From positions 4,913-68,912 of IMG/VR virus record IMGVR_UViG_3300037067_002302: 64,000 nucleotides of DNA, one strand, 5' to 3'. Positions 17,049-26,497 of this stretch are shown piece by piece; within the stretch, counting starts at the first letter, position 1, and every line of letters starts with the position of its first letter. The notes below the pieces were generated by a model, which saw only the letters and a program-made list of their open reading frames with translations, was not told the DNA's origin and did not search any database. This stretch comes from a virus (Duplodnaviria; Caudoviricetes). The position numbers were made by a program, and so were the translations under genes.

Positions 17049-17192
17049 CCTTATGCCCTACTGGTGCGACAAGAAGGATTGTGACATACCATCCGGCAAG
17101 GCTTACGCCTACTGCCTGCTCCATGACTGCCCGTTTTTGCGAAGATGCACGAAGAGGGCGCTGGCGAAGCGTAAAGGGAGATTGGCAGGGAA

Positions 17193-17411
17193 ATGAGAGC
17201 CAGGGAGAAGACCGTTACGATGGCGGATATACGGTAATCGATCAACAAACTCATGCTTGATTGTCGGATGGGTGAGCATTTGGTCGCCAAAGGACGTGAA
17301 CCCGAATCCGCTGAGATAATTGACGCATCGCGCGATATATTATTAGCTCAGATTAAACAAATGGTATTTGAGGCAACTCCTCCGGTTGGTCGTGGGCCGT
17401 ACGGCGATTAG
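17193..17411 (+). pseudogene. Possible 72-codon gene interrupted by in-frame TAA (17235-17237)
   Basis: MRAREKTVTMADIR*SINKLMLDCRMGEHL...GPYGD*; fills an otherwise empty gap in the operon. Confidence 0.35.
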
Positions 17412-17421
17412 CAGATAAGAA

Positions 17422-17652
17422 ATGAAAGCAGCAATAAAAGGTAGTCTTACGGTAGAGGTTGAGGGTATATCTAACGGCTGCCTTATATTAAAATACCTTG
17501 ATTGTGGCAATAACCGTATTTCAATACCCGCTGATTTATTGCCATTCTTGCAGCCAGGCTCGATTGTCGAGTTATCCGTCAGGATACCCGATGTCGAGAT
17601 AGACCCGGCTGGGTGGAGTATCCGCTATTTAAATACCCTGGAGGGTAAATAA
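17422..17652 (+). CDS. Hypothetical protein
   Basis: 76 aa; operon context. Confidence 0.55.
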   Translation: MKAAIKGSLTVEVEGISNGCLILKYLDCGNNRISIPADLLPFLQPGSIVELSVRIPDVEIDPAGWSIRYLNTLEGK

Positions 17653-17864
17653 TGTGGTCTTGGAGACTGATAATCATTTTAATTGTTCTGATTTGTATTG
17701 CTTTGCTACTGGTAGCACTTGGTATTGGTGGCACGATGCTTATAGCATCCTCCAATAAGTCGTCTTTTGTGAAGGGTTTTTTAATTTGGCTACTCATGCT
17801 TAGTAACCTAAGCGGAGGTATTGCTGTTGGTATGTGTATTGCAAGAGTATTGATTAAGGGATAA
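17652..17864 (+). CDS. Small two-TM membrane protein
   Basis: Hydrophobic; TAATG coupling at both ends. Confidence 0.6.
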   Translation: MWSWRLIIILIVLICIALLLVALGIGGTMLIASSNKSSFVKGFLIWLLMLSNLSGGIAVGMCIARVLIKG

Positions 17865-18598
17865 TGAGAGTCAACAATGTCCCTGTCGTCGAGGACTCGT
17901 TGCGCAGGTTTGCCGAGTTAACTAGGCAGTCAACGTCTACCCATTCGCCATTCGTGGATGAGTGGGATTTCCTATCACGCGCCGTGTATACAAAGGATGA
18001 AGCAAAGGGTGAGATCAGACAATTCCCTCAATATACTTATCTCGAATACCTTACTCGCACACGTAGAGAGAATTATTTAACACCACCCATTCACGCGTAT
18101 GAAAAGAGCCGGAGAATGTTGATCTCCTGGTGGTTATTATCGCTTTATTTATACGATACACTCACTCAATATAATCATGCTAATTTTGTAGGTAGTAGAA
18201 AGCTAGAGGGTAGCGCATATTTTCTAGGCGAAGAACGCATATTGGGTGTCTATGAGAGGATACCAGCGGATGTATGGCCTAACAAACCTCAACTGATACA
18301 CGGTTCAAAGCGCGGCATGGGTTACGAGACATTGACCTGTCCCGAAACAGGATCGTTTTTGATGGCGATAGCATCAGGTGCGGATCAGTTACGGCAATAT
18401 ACAGCAAGCAATGTGTTTGGTGACGAAATAGCTTTCTGGCAGTGGTGGGGGCGGTCTTACAAAGCCATGCGACCATGTATTGATGGCGGCGGACATATTG
18501 ATCTTGTGACAACTGCCGATCTTGGTAGTGAGGCGGAGGAGGTATATTATCCTCGCCTTGGCAATACGCATGTGCTCAGAGAGGCAGTGAGCGAATAA
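17864..18598 (+). CDS. Terminase large subunit, ATPase half
   Basis: YEKSRRMLISW (Walker A-like), NVFGDEIAFW (Walker B), DLVTTA (coupling motif). Confidence 0.8.
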   Translation: MRVNNVPVVEDSLRRFAELTRQSTSTHSPFVDEWDFLSRAVYTKDEAKGEIRQFPQYTYLEYLTRTRRENYLTPPIHAYEKSRRMLISWWLLSLYLYDTLTQYNHANFVGSRKLEGSAYFLGEERILGVYERIPADVWPNKPQLIHGSKRGMGYETLTCPETGSFLMAIASGADQLRQYTASNVFGDEIAFWQWWGRSYKAMRPCIDGGGHIDLVTTADLGSEAEEVYYPRLGNTHVLREAVSE

Positions 18599-18600
18599 TA

Positions 18601-19458
18601 ATGCAGGGCATCGAAGAACGCTTAACTGAGACAGGTATTCGAGTAGTGCGTGTGCATTATACCGCAGATGAAGCCAAAAGAAGCGAAGAATGGAAGGCTA
18701 CCGCTAAGTCAGGTTACACAAATGATCGTGACTGGGAAAGGGAAATGGAGATCAACTGGTCAATAGCCAGTGGTTTACCTATCTTCGCCGATGAATTTGT
18801 AAGGGAATGGCACGTTGCTAAACAGATATTACGCCCGATACCTGGAAAGGTAATTGTAAGGGGCTGGGACTTTGGAAACACTCCAGCCTGTGTTTGGGCG
18901 CAGTTAGACCCTAATGGGCGTATATTAGTGCTGAATGAGCTTGCAACTTGGGATGGCAGGACTGACGAGCGCAGATGCTTCATTGAGACATTTGCACCTG
19001 CTGTTATACGGATGACAAATCAAGAATATCCTGGCTTCGAGTGCATAGACTTTGCTGACCCTGCTGGATGGTCTGCATCACAGACTGATGGCAAGAGTTG
19101 TGTTCAGTTGATGCAAAAGGAGGGTATACAGCCGCGAAAGGGGACAATAACGTGGACTGAGCGAAGGTCAGCGATTATTTATGCGTTGACCACTGCGTCA
19201 GGTGGTAGTCCATGCTTAGTAATATCGCCCAACTGCCACATGCTCATTGAGGGATTTCAGGGAGCGTATAGGTTTCAACAGATAGGTGAGACTGAGCGAT
19301 TCCGTAACGACCCTGAAAAAAACGCATGGTCTCATCCGATGGACGCGCTGGAGTATGTTGTCGGCGCGTTATTTACACCGAAGAAGCATCAACGAAACCG
19401 TGATGAGGACGACTATCGGCGCAAGGTGAGAAAAAAGGACAAAGTGACGGGATACTAG
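18601..19458 (+). CDS. Terminase large subunit, lid plus RNase H-like nuclease half
   Basis: RVHYTADE...WEREMEI, RGWDFGNTPACVW, FADPAG, WSHPMDALEY. Confidence 0.85.
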   Translation: MQGIEERLTETGIRVVRVHYTADEAKRSEEWKATAKSGYTNDRDWEREMEINWSIASGLPIFADEFVREWHVAKQILRPIPGKVIVRGWDFGNTPACVWAQLDPNGRILVLNELATWDGRTDERRCFIETFAPAVIRMTNQEYPGFECIDFADPAGWSASQTDGKSCVQLMQKEGIQPRKGTITWTERRSAIIYALTTASGGSPCLVISPNCHMLIEGFQGAYRFQQIGETERFRNDPEKNAWSHPMDALEYVVGALFTPKKHQRNRDEDDYRRKVRKKDKVTGY

Positions 19459-19459
19459 G

Positions 19460-19834
19460 ATGATAAATTACAACATAACACCACATCCGAGCGGCTTATT
19501 CTATATTGCAGTCGCAGAACAGGCAGAGCATTCGGGTTTATGGATACCGCCTTCGGCAAGAAAAGAACTGTCAGAGAAGGCATGTAGTAAGCCTGAATTG
19601 ACCGTTGAGGCATTACAGCAGTCGTATAACAGTCTTGGTCAATACCAAATACCAGTCAGGTGGTCTTATGGTATATCCGAATGGAGAGATATACCCTGGT
19701 TTGAAATACAAAAGCTAGCCACGACTGGCTTCGATGTTGAAGGCATTGGCGCTTCGCCGATACCCGAATGCTGGTCAAAAGAGTGGCATGAGGACGCGCC
19801 CGATTGGTGGCCGGAGGAGTGGCAATATGAATAA
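19460..19834 (+). CDS. Hypothetical protein
   Basis: Operon packing. Confidence 0.6.
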   Translation: MINYNITPHPSGLFYIAVAEQAEHSGLWIPPSARKELSEKACSKPELTVEALQQSYNSLGQYQIPVRWSYGISEWRDIPWFEIQKLATTGFDVEGIGASPIPECWSKEWHEDAPDWWPEEWQYE

Positions 19835-20057
19835 CAATGAAGATGATTATAATAATCATAGATACATACCTGGCACGAACAAAAAAGGTGACAGAGTTGC
19901 TATGACTGCGTCTATTGAGAAAATCATATCGCTGACCAGTCGCGGAGTATCCGACACAGAATATATGCACCTTGACCTTGATCGTATTATGATTGATTAT
20001 ATAGGTTGTAAGACATTGAATGATATTTTTGATAATTGGAACTTTTGGTGGGCGTAA
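19827..20057 (+). CDS. Hypothetical protein
   Basis: ATG with GGAGGAG RBS inside track ORF 19734-20057. Confidence 0.55.
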   Translation: MNNNEDDYNNHRYIPGTNKKGDRVAMTASIEKIISLTSRGVSDTEYMHLDLDRIMIDYIGCKTLNDIFDNWNFWWA

Positions 20058-20626
20058 TGAATAACCTCGACTTCGAGGCATATAAAACCGAGTTTGAACA
20101 CGAATATGCGAAGATAGAACATGGGCGAGTTGAGATTGCGTTAGTATCACCGTATGGTAAGTATGGTAAGGTGACTGCCAAGACTGACAATTGGGAGATC
20201 GCCGAGCCGATCAAAACCTATGCCGGTAAGTGGCCGTGGAGCAAGAGACCATCGGCAAAGAGGTTAGCGCAATCATGCAATGAATTGCTCAACTTGTTAT
20301 GTCTTGATGAACCTTCAACAGTTGCGCATTGGTTAAAGTTAGAGTGTGAGTATTACCCTAAGAATCCTACTCTATTAAAATACAGTGGCATGTTGTATGA
20401 TCCAACAAGCAAGATCGTCATCCGCATACCTTGGGAGTTAAGAATATTCAGAGCGCAATACATCGATCCACGAAGTGAACGATTCTGGTCTCATGTCGAC
20501 GTACCGGACGATCAATGGCATGGTGGTCACGTGATCCGTATTCGCGGCAGGTTTGCTGCAATACCGATGGAGTATGAAATCGTGGAACCTGAGCCGAAAT
20601 ATTTATATACTCCAATTGCGGAATGA
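20057..20626 (+). CDS. Hypothetical protein
   Basis: TAATG coupling. Confidence 0.65.
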   Translation: MNNLDFEAYKTEFEHEYAKIEHGRVEIALVSPYGKYGKVTAKTDNWEIAEPIKTYAGKWPWSKRPSAKRLAQSCNELLNLLCLDEPSTVAHWLKLECEYYPKNPTLLKYSGMLYDPTSKIVIRIPWELRIFRAQYIDPRSERFWSHVDVPDDQWHGGHVIRIRGRFAAIPMEYEIVEPEPKYLYTPIAE

Positions 20627-20658
20627 GTGAGGAGGGCAGATTGTGAGGAACATAAATA

Positions 20659-20895
20659 ATGTGGCCTAAGAAAAAGCGTAAAACACTTAATATGTATTCC
20701 GATCTCTACTATCCTCTCCCGCAGGGAACGCCGAGATGGATCATTAGGGCTATGGAGACGAACGAATACCCAATGTATTCACCACAAACAGGTAGGTATG
20801 AACGCAATTCAATGTTGAGTAAATTTTTTGCCAATGCAACCGTTAGGGCTATCCGCAATGGTGATTATAGGCCATCTACTGCGGACATGTGGTGA
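20659..20895 (+). CDS. Hypothetical protein
   Basis: RBS GAGG. Confidence 0.55.
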   Translation: MWPKKKRKTLNMYSDLYYPLPQGTPRWIIRAMETNEYPMYSPQTGRYERNSMLSKFFANATVRAIRNGDYRPSTADMW

Positions 20896-20921
20896 GACAA
20901 CCACGCGGGAAGGTATTATTA

Positions 20922-21890
20922 ATGAACAGAATAGACAAATTAACCAAGCGGATTGAGGCTATAGAAGCAAAACTCACGCCGAAGTTCAAGGCGGGCGACA
21001 ATGTAATAGTAAAAGAAAGTGAGATCGTCTGGACAATAGAAGAACCTCACAATATCGGCACTGAACCAGAAGCAACTTTATCACATCCTGATTATGCGTC
21101 AATAGTCAGACCTCTGAGTTGGTTGCATCTTGCTGAAAAACCAAAGTTCATAATAGGCAACCGGGTTATTATCAAGAATAGGAAAGGTGAATTGATATAC
21201 CTACCCTACATGGTTGTTAATCCAATTCCCGACAGTTTAGGTCATATAGAAATATTCAATAAGTATGAGGGACATTTAAGATACATAGAAGAATCTAATT
21301 GCGAACTTATAACAACTACTGCAAAACCCAAGCTCAAAAAGGGTGATTTGGTAATTGTGAATAAGGTATTAGATTCTTCGCTTGATCCTAATATTCGAGT
21401 GCCTTTCGCAGGTAGGGTTGTCGATGATTGGGAAATGCCTGGTAATCGAGAAGAATATATATTCATAGCGGATGATCTCAACAATGGATATATAGCAAAA
21501 GCGACTGAGTGCAAACTTATACCAGATGAACCAACCACACATACACCTATCAAGAAGGGCATTAAGGTTCTTGTGAAGGGCAAACCGTACACAGCACTCG
21601 TGACTTCAGAGCCAAGTATAACGGGTGAGGTTTGGGTTTGCAGTGATGACTACTTTTTTTACAGGAAGATCAGAGCGACTGACTGTGAGTTGATTCAACA
21701 ACCCGCTACCATAGGTCATAATACGAACTACACAGAGTTGTTTGACAACATCGAATCTCAGTTTGATCTTGTTAAAGCACTGTTGGATAAAGATATGATT
21801 GAAGAGGTTAGAGTCCAACTAAATGTATTGCAGAAGCTATTGGTAATCGCAATGACTCCAACAATGGTTTGCAGGAAGGATGTGGAGTGA
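20922..21890 (+). CDS. Protein with four tandem KOW/SH3-like domains
   Basis: PKFKAGDNVIVK, PKFIIGNRVIIK, PKLKKGDLVIVN and PIKKGIKVLVK, each domain ending L..A/I. Confidence 0.6.
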   Translation: MNRIDKLTKRIEAIEAKLTPKFKAGDNVIVKESEIVWTIEEPHNIGTEPEATLSHPDYASIVRPLSWLHLAEKPKFIIGNRVIIKNRKGELIYLPYMVVNPIPDSLGHIEIFNKYEGHLRYIEESNCELITTTAKPKLKKGDLVIVNKVLDSSLDPNIRVPFAGRVVDDWEMPGNREEYIFIADDLNNGYIAKATECKLIPDEPTTHTPIKKGIKVLVKGKPYTALVTSEPSITGEVWVCSDDYFFYRKIRATDCELIQQPATIGHNTNYTELFDNIESQFDLVKALLDKDMIEEVRVQLNVLQKLLVIAMTPTMVCRKDVE

Positions 21891-21898
21891 TGGGATAT

Positions 21899-21987
21899 GG
21901 AGCGATGGCAGAGTCAGGTAATTGCAACAGTTTGCTAAACTGTAGGGCTTAACCGCCCCGTAGGTTCAAATCCTACTCGCTCCGCCA
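21899..21987 (+). tRNA. tRNA-Ser(GCT)
   Basis: Acceptor GGAGCGA/TCGCTCC, discriminator G plus encoded CCA, anticodon arm ACAGT-TTGCTAA-ACTGT, long variable arm, T arm GTAGG-TTCAAAT-CCTAC. Confidence 0.92.
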
Positions 21988-22018
21988 TAATGAGACTCTA
22001 CTATAGGAAGGACGCGAA

Positions 22019-22330
22019 ATGAATGAGGTATCATAACCTGAACCAGATATTGTAAATGTCACAGAAGAACGCAGGACATTTAGACCCGAAGATCAAGGTA
22101 TACCGCATGGATGGATTCAATGGAAAGGCAGTACTGCTTGTATGGATGTTACCTGCAAATGCGGCGCATCATTCCATATTGACGCTGAATTTGCTTATTA
22201 TGTTAAATGCCCTGATTGTGGCTTGATTCTCAGCTGTTCGGGTCACATAGAATTGATACCGTTGACTGCGGAGGAAATGGATGCCGTCAAGGATAATCTT
22301 ACCATAGCCGAAGCCATTGGAGAGTATTAG
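22019..22330 (+). pseudogene. Zn-ribbon phage protein interrupted by in-frame TAA (22034-22036)
   Basis: RBS AGGAAGG then MNEVS*PEPDIV...HGWIQWKGSTACMDVTCKCG...CPDCG. The track ORF 22142-22330 starts inside the motif. Confidence 0.55.
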
Positions 22331-22360
22331 ATAGTTAATATAAATACAAAATCGTGCTTT

Positions 22361-22448
22361 ACCGTATATGTGGTGTCTTAGTATCTAAGCAAAATGGTTC
22401 AATTCCAGGTGGACTGGTGATTGTGGGAGTTCGATTCTCCGGTACGGT
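22361..22448 (+). other. Degenerate tRNA-like element
   Basis: ACCGTAT/GTACGGT acceptor-like pairing and GGAG-TTCGATT-CTCC T-arm; D and anticodon arms non-canonical. Confidence 0.3.
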
Positions 22449-22499
22449 TTAACTGATCCACTAAGGAGCACGATTAACAATATAACATAATTTAACAAA

Positions 22500-22603
22500 T
22501 GCCCGGTATGTGAGTGGGTTGCAAACCACGAATCATACTTTAGGATTCAATGACCCGGATACCTTGCAAGGGGGTATCCGGGTCATTTTTGCATTACCGG
22601 GCA
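22500..22603 (+). ncRNA. Nested stem-loop element upstream of the UDP-glucose dehydrogenase gene
   Basis: Outer TGCCCGGTA/TACCGGGCA stem enclosing the 15-bp AATGACCCGGATACC/GGTATCCGGGTCATT hairpin followed by a T-run. Confidence 0.4.
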
Positions 22604-22627
22604 GATCAAATTAGGAGCCATTAGAGA

Positions 22628-23434
22628 ATGAAAATTGGGATTATCGGTTGTGGAATGGTCGGAAACGCGCTGTACGCCTACTACGAGCGCGAACATGACG
22701 TATTCGCGTATGACCTGATACCAGAACGGTCAAGGTGTGGCATTGGCCTGCTGAACGCCAATGCAGAGGTCGTATTTATCTGCGTACCTACGCCGTACGC
22801 TGGCAACGGTAAGGGCTTGGATTGCTCGGCTGTGTATGACGCCGTGAGCTTGCTTACAGGTGATAAGACGGTCATTATAAAATCCACAGTCATGCCCGGT
22901 ACGACTGATAAACTTCAAGAGTTATACCCACAGCACAAGTTCTTTTTCGTACCGGAGTTTTTGAGTGAAGCGACGGCAGTTAAGGATTACGCAAATCCGA
23001 GAAGATCACATATAGTTGGTGTGCCACAAAAAGATTGGGACGAACCAGAAAAATATGGCGCAATTTACGGATCACATCGGATCGTAGAGAGCCTATTAAC
23101 AGGAGAATTAAGAAGATATTATCTACCAGCCCGACAAGCCGAACTCCTCAAGCTTGCGACGAATAGTTATTATGCGCTAAAGGTCACGTTTGCCAACATG
23201 CTCTATGATCTCGGCATGACGCAAGAGACGCTTGACGCTCTAGTAGCCGATCCGTGGATAGTGCCGAGTCACTTCCAAGTGCATTTTAGAGGCACTAGAG
23301 GCGTAAGGGGTGCCTGCTTGCCCAAGGATACACAGGCTTTGATGGACTACGCGGGTGAAGAATATTTGGGTAGCCTGCTTGATATTGCCACCGAATACAA
23401 CAAGCGATTGATAGAAAGCAAGCAAGAGGATTAG
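22628..23434 (+). CDS. UDP-glucose/GDP-mannose dehydrogenase family protein (lacks C-terminal domain)
   Basis: IGIIGCGMVG, VFICVPTP, IIKSTVMPGTT, PEFLSE, ELLKLATN, GACLPKD. Confidence 0.9.
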   Translation: MKIGIIGCGMVGNALYAYYEREHDVFAYDLIPERSRCGIGLLNANAEVVFICVPTPYAGNGKGLDCSAVYDAVSLLTGDKTVIIKSTVMPGTTDKLQELYPQHKFFFVPEFLSEATAVKDYANPRRSHIVGVPQKDWDEPEKYGAIYGSHRIVESLLTGELRRYYLPARQAELLKLATNSYYALKVTFANMLYDLGMTQETLDALVADPWIVPSHFQVHFRGTRGVRGACLPKDTQALMDYAGEEYLGSLLDIATEYNKRLIESKQED

Positions 23435-23438
23435 ATAC

Positions 23439-25400
23439 ATGCCACTACCTGTGATGCCTGATATTAAAGTTAATATAGACGAAGCCGAACGTGTGAAACT
23501 TGGCGCGGAATTACTGGAGAAAATAGAGTCATCGCGCAATGGCATGAAAAAGCTCCTTGATAATATCAAAACGTGGGAACGGTTCTTCGAGTCGGACTTG
23601 CCGGAGAAAAATGATCCTTGGGAGAAGTGCTCTAATATCAACGTTCCGATCATTCAGCCGGATGTCGATACATTCCACTCGAATATAAACGGCGTTGTAT
23701 TGGGTGTATCTCCTATTGTCAACGTAGTGCCTCCGCCATTCGCAGCCGACGCGACGCTCAAGCAGGTAGCTCAACGCGTAGAAGCCGCTATTGAGACTGT
23801 TCAGACAGCAATAATGAATTATGCGCAGGCAGCGGATCAGTGGCACTTAACGGCACTCATGCATCCGTCAGCGGTCATAAAGCTACCCTGGCGCGAAGAA
23901 TACAGGACGGTAAAACGCCAGCAGGTCGATAAAAAAGGCACTAATGCGCTTATAGATGTGCAGGAGATCAAATACCGCGGCCCTCGCATTGAGACGGTCG
24001 ATATAAACAACTTTGTCATATACCCATTGACGGCAAAGAGCATTGAAGATGCTTATCTCGTAGGCGACAGGTTTGTGCTTACCGAGGATGAAGTAAACAG
24101 GCGCGTTAAGGACGGTTATTTCGACGCGGTTCCCGCAAAAGAGGTAATGAAGCGACCAGAGAACGAACTGACAAGCTCTCTACAAGATTTTAGTAATGAT
24201 GAGCGCAACGACCAGGTTGGTATCGAGAATGTGGATATTGAACAGTATTATTTTTGGGAGGTCATTGCGCCTTATGATGTAAATAAAGACGGGCTTATGG
24301 AGGAGTGCGTATTCGTACTCGAGGCTACAACGGGAACGATAGTTCGCGCCACGCAGTTCCCGTATTTCCACGGCAGGCGTTATTACGTCAGCATGGCTCC
24401 GTTCTTGAAAAGCGTCAAGATGTTCTTTAAGCGCTGCCTGCCTCAGATACTTGAGCACATGCAACGCGAAGCGAACGCGATACACAACCAGCGCGCGGAT
24501 GCTACTACGCAGGCAATTAACAAAGCATTCAAGGTTCGTAAAGGATCGCTTGATAACCCAGACTCGATAGATATATCGCCTGGTGGCGTGACCGAACTTG
24601 ATGACATAAACGATCTTGTAGAGTTTACACTATCGCCTGTTATACCAGGCGTTGATCTTCAAGAAATGAACCGCAGCAACTCTGAACGCGCCTCTGGGAT
24701 AAACGACATGACTACGGGTAGGCAGTCTGAGGGCAACAAGACGCTCGGTGAACTTCAGATGGTCATGGCGAAGGCCGGCAGCAGGTTTGAAGATGTCATA
24801 AGGCGCGTTCAGGGCGCGCATGTAGAAGTCGCAAAGCAGATCGCGGGACTGATGTATCAGTTCATGACAGATGATGAGCTTAAAATGCTCAATATAGAGC
24901 GTGAAATGCTCATCTTCCCTTGGGATTTCATCCCACATGGTTCTGTCGGCACGGTTGACAAAAATATGGAGTTTCAGCGAGCAAGTAATGTGTATAAGAC
25001 CATGATCACCGACAAGAACCCACTTGTGGTCAGCAACCCACTTCATATTTACCGTTTAACACGGGATTATTTGCAGTCACTCGGCACAACGGATGTCGAG
25101 TCGTATATCGGCACTGAACAGGAAATCCAGTTGCAGATAAAACAGGCGCAGATGCAACAGCAGGCGCAGGCGGTTGCGATGGGTATGGCGCAGGCTCCGC
25201 AGTTCGATGATCCGCAGGAGGCGCAGGCATTTGAACAGATGGTAGCAGAAGCCCGGAACGCAATCGCCATGCAACAGGAGCAAGGGCAGTCGCAACAGCA
25301 ATTAGAACAGGCCAAACTACAACATCAATCGGCTGAGAATCAGGCCGATAGGGAAGCGAAGTTGCAGTTGGAATCCATGCGACAAGGCAGGAGATTGTAG
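23439..25400 (+). CDS. Portal protein (P22-like)
   Basis: 653 aa after terminase; WEKCSNINVPII, SERASGINDMTTG, TLGELQMV; Gln-rich C-terminus. Confidence 0.8.
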   Translation: MPLPVMPDIKVNIDEAERVKLGAELLEKIESSRNGMKKLLDNIKTWERFFESDLPEKNDPWEKCSNINVPIIQPDVDTFHSNINGVVLGVSPIVNVVPPPFAADATLKQVAQRVEAAIETVQTAIMNYAQAADQWHLTALMHPSAVIKLPWREEYRTVKRQQVDKKGTNALIDVQEIKYRGPRIETVDINNFVIYPLTAKSIEDAYLVGDRFVLTEDEVNRRVKDGYFDAVPAKEVMKRPENELTSSLQDFSNDERNDQVGIENVDIEQYYFWEVIAPYDVNKDGLMEECVFVLEATTGTIVRATQFPYFHGRRYYVSMAPFLKSVKMFFKRCLPQILEHMQREANAIHNQRADATTQAINKAFKVRKGSLDNPDSIDISPGGVTELDDINDLVEFTLSPVIPGVDLQEMNRSNSERASGINDMTTGRQSEGNKTLGELQMVMAKAGSRFEDVIRRVQGAHVEVAKQIAGLMYQFMTDDELKMLNIEREMLIFPWDFIPHGSVGTVDKNMEFQRASNVYKTMITDKNPLVVSNPLHIYRLTRDYLQSLGTTDVESYIGTEQEIQLQIKQAQMQQQAQAVAMGMAQAPQFDDPQEAQAFEQMVAEARNAIAMQQEQGQSQQQLEQAKLQHQSAENQADREAKLQLESMRQGRRL

Positions 25401-25640
25401 TTGTCCACTGAATCGAGAGAAGAAGAACTAGAGTTTTGGGAAGGCATTGCGCGAGCATGGCCTTATATCGGCAGGATAATATCAGATAAGATCGCCGGTA
25501 TAACCGACAAGATGATCCAGCACGGCACAATTAAAACACTTGAAGATTTATCTTATGAACAAGGCAGGATTGATGCTTATAAAACAATCCTCAGACTGCC
25601 TGAAGAACAATCGCGAATATTAAGAAAGAAGGGGAAATAA
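25401..25640 (+). CDS. Small conserved head-module protein
   Basis: YEQGRIDAYKTILRLPE motif after the portal. Confidence 0.65.
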   Translation: MSTESREEELEFWEGIARAWPYIGRIISDKIAGITDKMIQHGTIKTLEDLSYEQGRIDAYKTILRLPEEQSRILRKKGK

Positions 25641-26497
25641 TGCCACCAAAGACAGACGACAAACTGGAACTCGGCAATCCCGTTGAGGGATCGGGACAGT
25701 CCGTTACACCACCAATCGAAGGCGAGCTAACTACTCCGCCAGCCGACAAAACGAAATTGCCTGAACAGTTCAAGTCGGTTGAGGCTCTGATAGAATCCTA
25801 CAAAGAACTAGAGCGAAAACATACAACAACAAGTCAAGAGCGGGCAGCACTTGAGAAAGAACGACAGAAACTCCTTAAAGCTGTGGATGCCGTTAAGCAA
25901 AACGGACAATGGGAACTAGACGAGGAGGGTAATTGGGTGCAAGTAAATCCGCCCGCCGAACAACCGGTAACGACAACAACTACAACAAGTGGCAATCCCG
26001 CCGCCGAGGACTTCAGGACAAAATTCAGCGATGAGTTCTACGAAGACCCTTTAGGTACGCTGAATAGGTATACGCAGGGCATAAAACAGCTAGAGAAAGC
26101 TGCTACGGCCAACAGGGAACGCGCGATGAGCAAATTCAAGAATGATCCGCTTTACCAACTGGTAGAGGGTGAATTCAAGGCTTCGTTGGTAGAACTGGAT
26201 GATACCCAGATGGCTAATCCTCAACAGGCCGCGTACTTGGCCGAACAGGTCTATAACAACGTTACCGGTAGATATGCTCGCCAGGAATTGACCAAAGCCG
26301 GAGATAATCCAGAGGAACGGTTGAAGGTATTGAGGCATCTTGGCATAGAGGAGCCACAACCGACTCCAAGCAGCGGCATTGATAATCTATATCCCGCATC
26401 GCAAATAGGGAAAGTGCAGAACGGTTTGGGATTAAGCGAGGAACAAATAAAACGGGCAAAGGAAAGAGCGGAAAAGCTGGAAAAAGGTGAGATGTAA
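25640..26497 (+). CDS. Capsid scaffolding protein
   Basis: LPEQFKSVEALIESYKELERK; acidic and helical; position in head module. Confidence 0.7.
   Translation: MPPKTDDKLELGNPVEGSGQSVTPPIEGELTTPPADKTKLPEQFKSVEALIESYKELERKHTTTSQERAALEKERQKLLKAVDAVKQNGQWELDEEGNWVQVNPPAEQPVTTTTTTSGNPAAEDFRTKFSDEFYEDPLGTLNRYTQGIKQLEKAATANRERAMSKFKNDPLYQLVEGEFKASLVELDDTQMANPQQAAYLAEQVYNNVTGRYARQELTKAGDNPEERLKVLRHLGIEEPQPTPSSGIDNLYPASQIGKVQNGLGLSEEQIKRAKERAEKLEKGEM

Noticed and set aside
17051-17290. Minus-strand 79-aa ORF between terS and terL
   Set aside because: Antisense to the late operon; small plus-strand ORFs explain the region better.
22361-22448. Ochre suppressor tRNA explaining the in-frame TAA codons
   Set aside because: No TTA anticodon in a proper 7-nt loop, and the arms are non-canonical.
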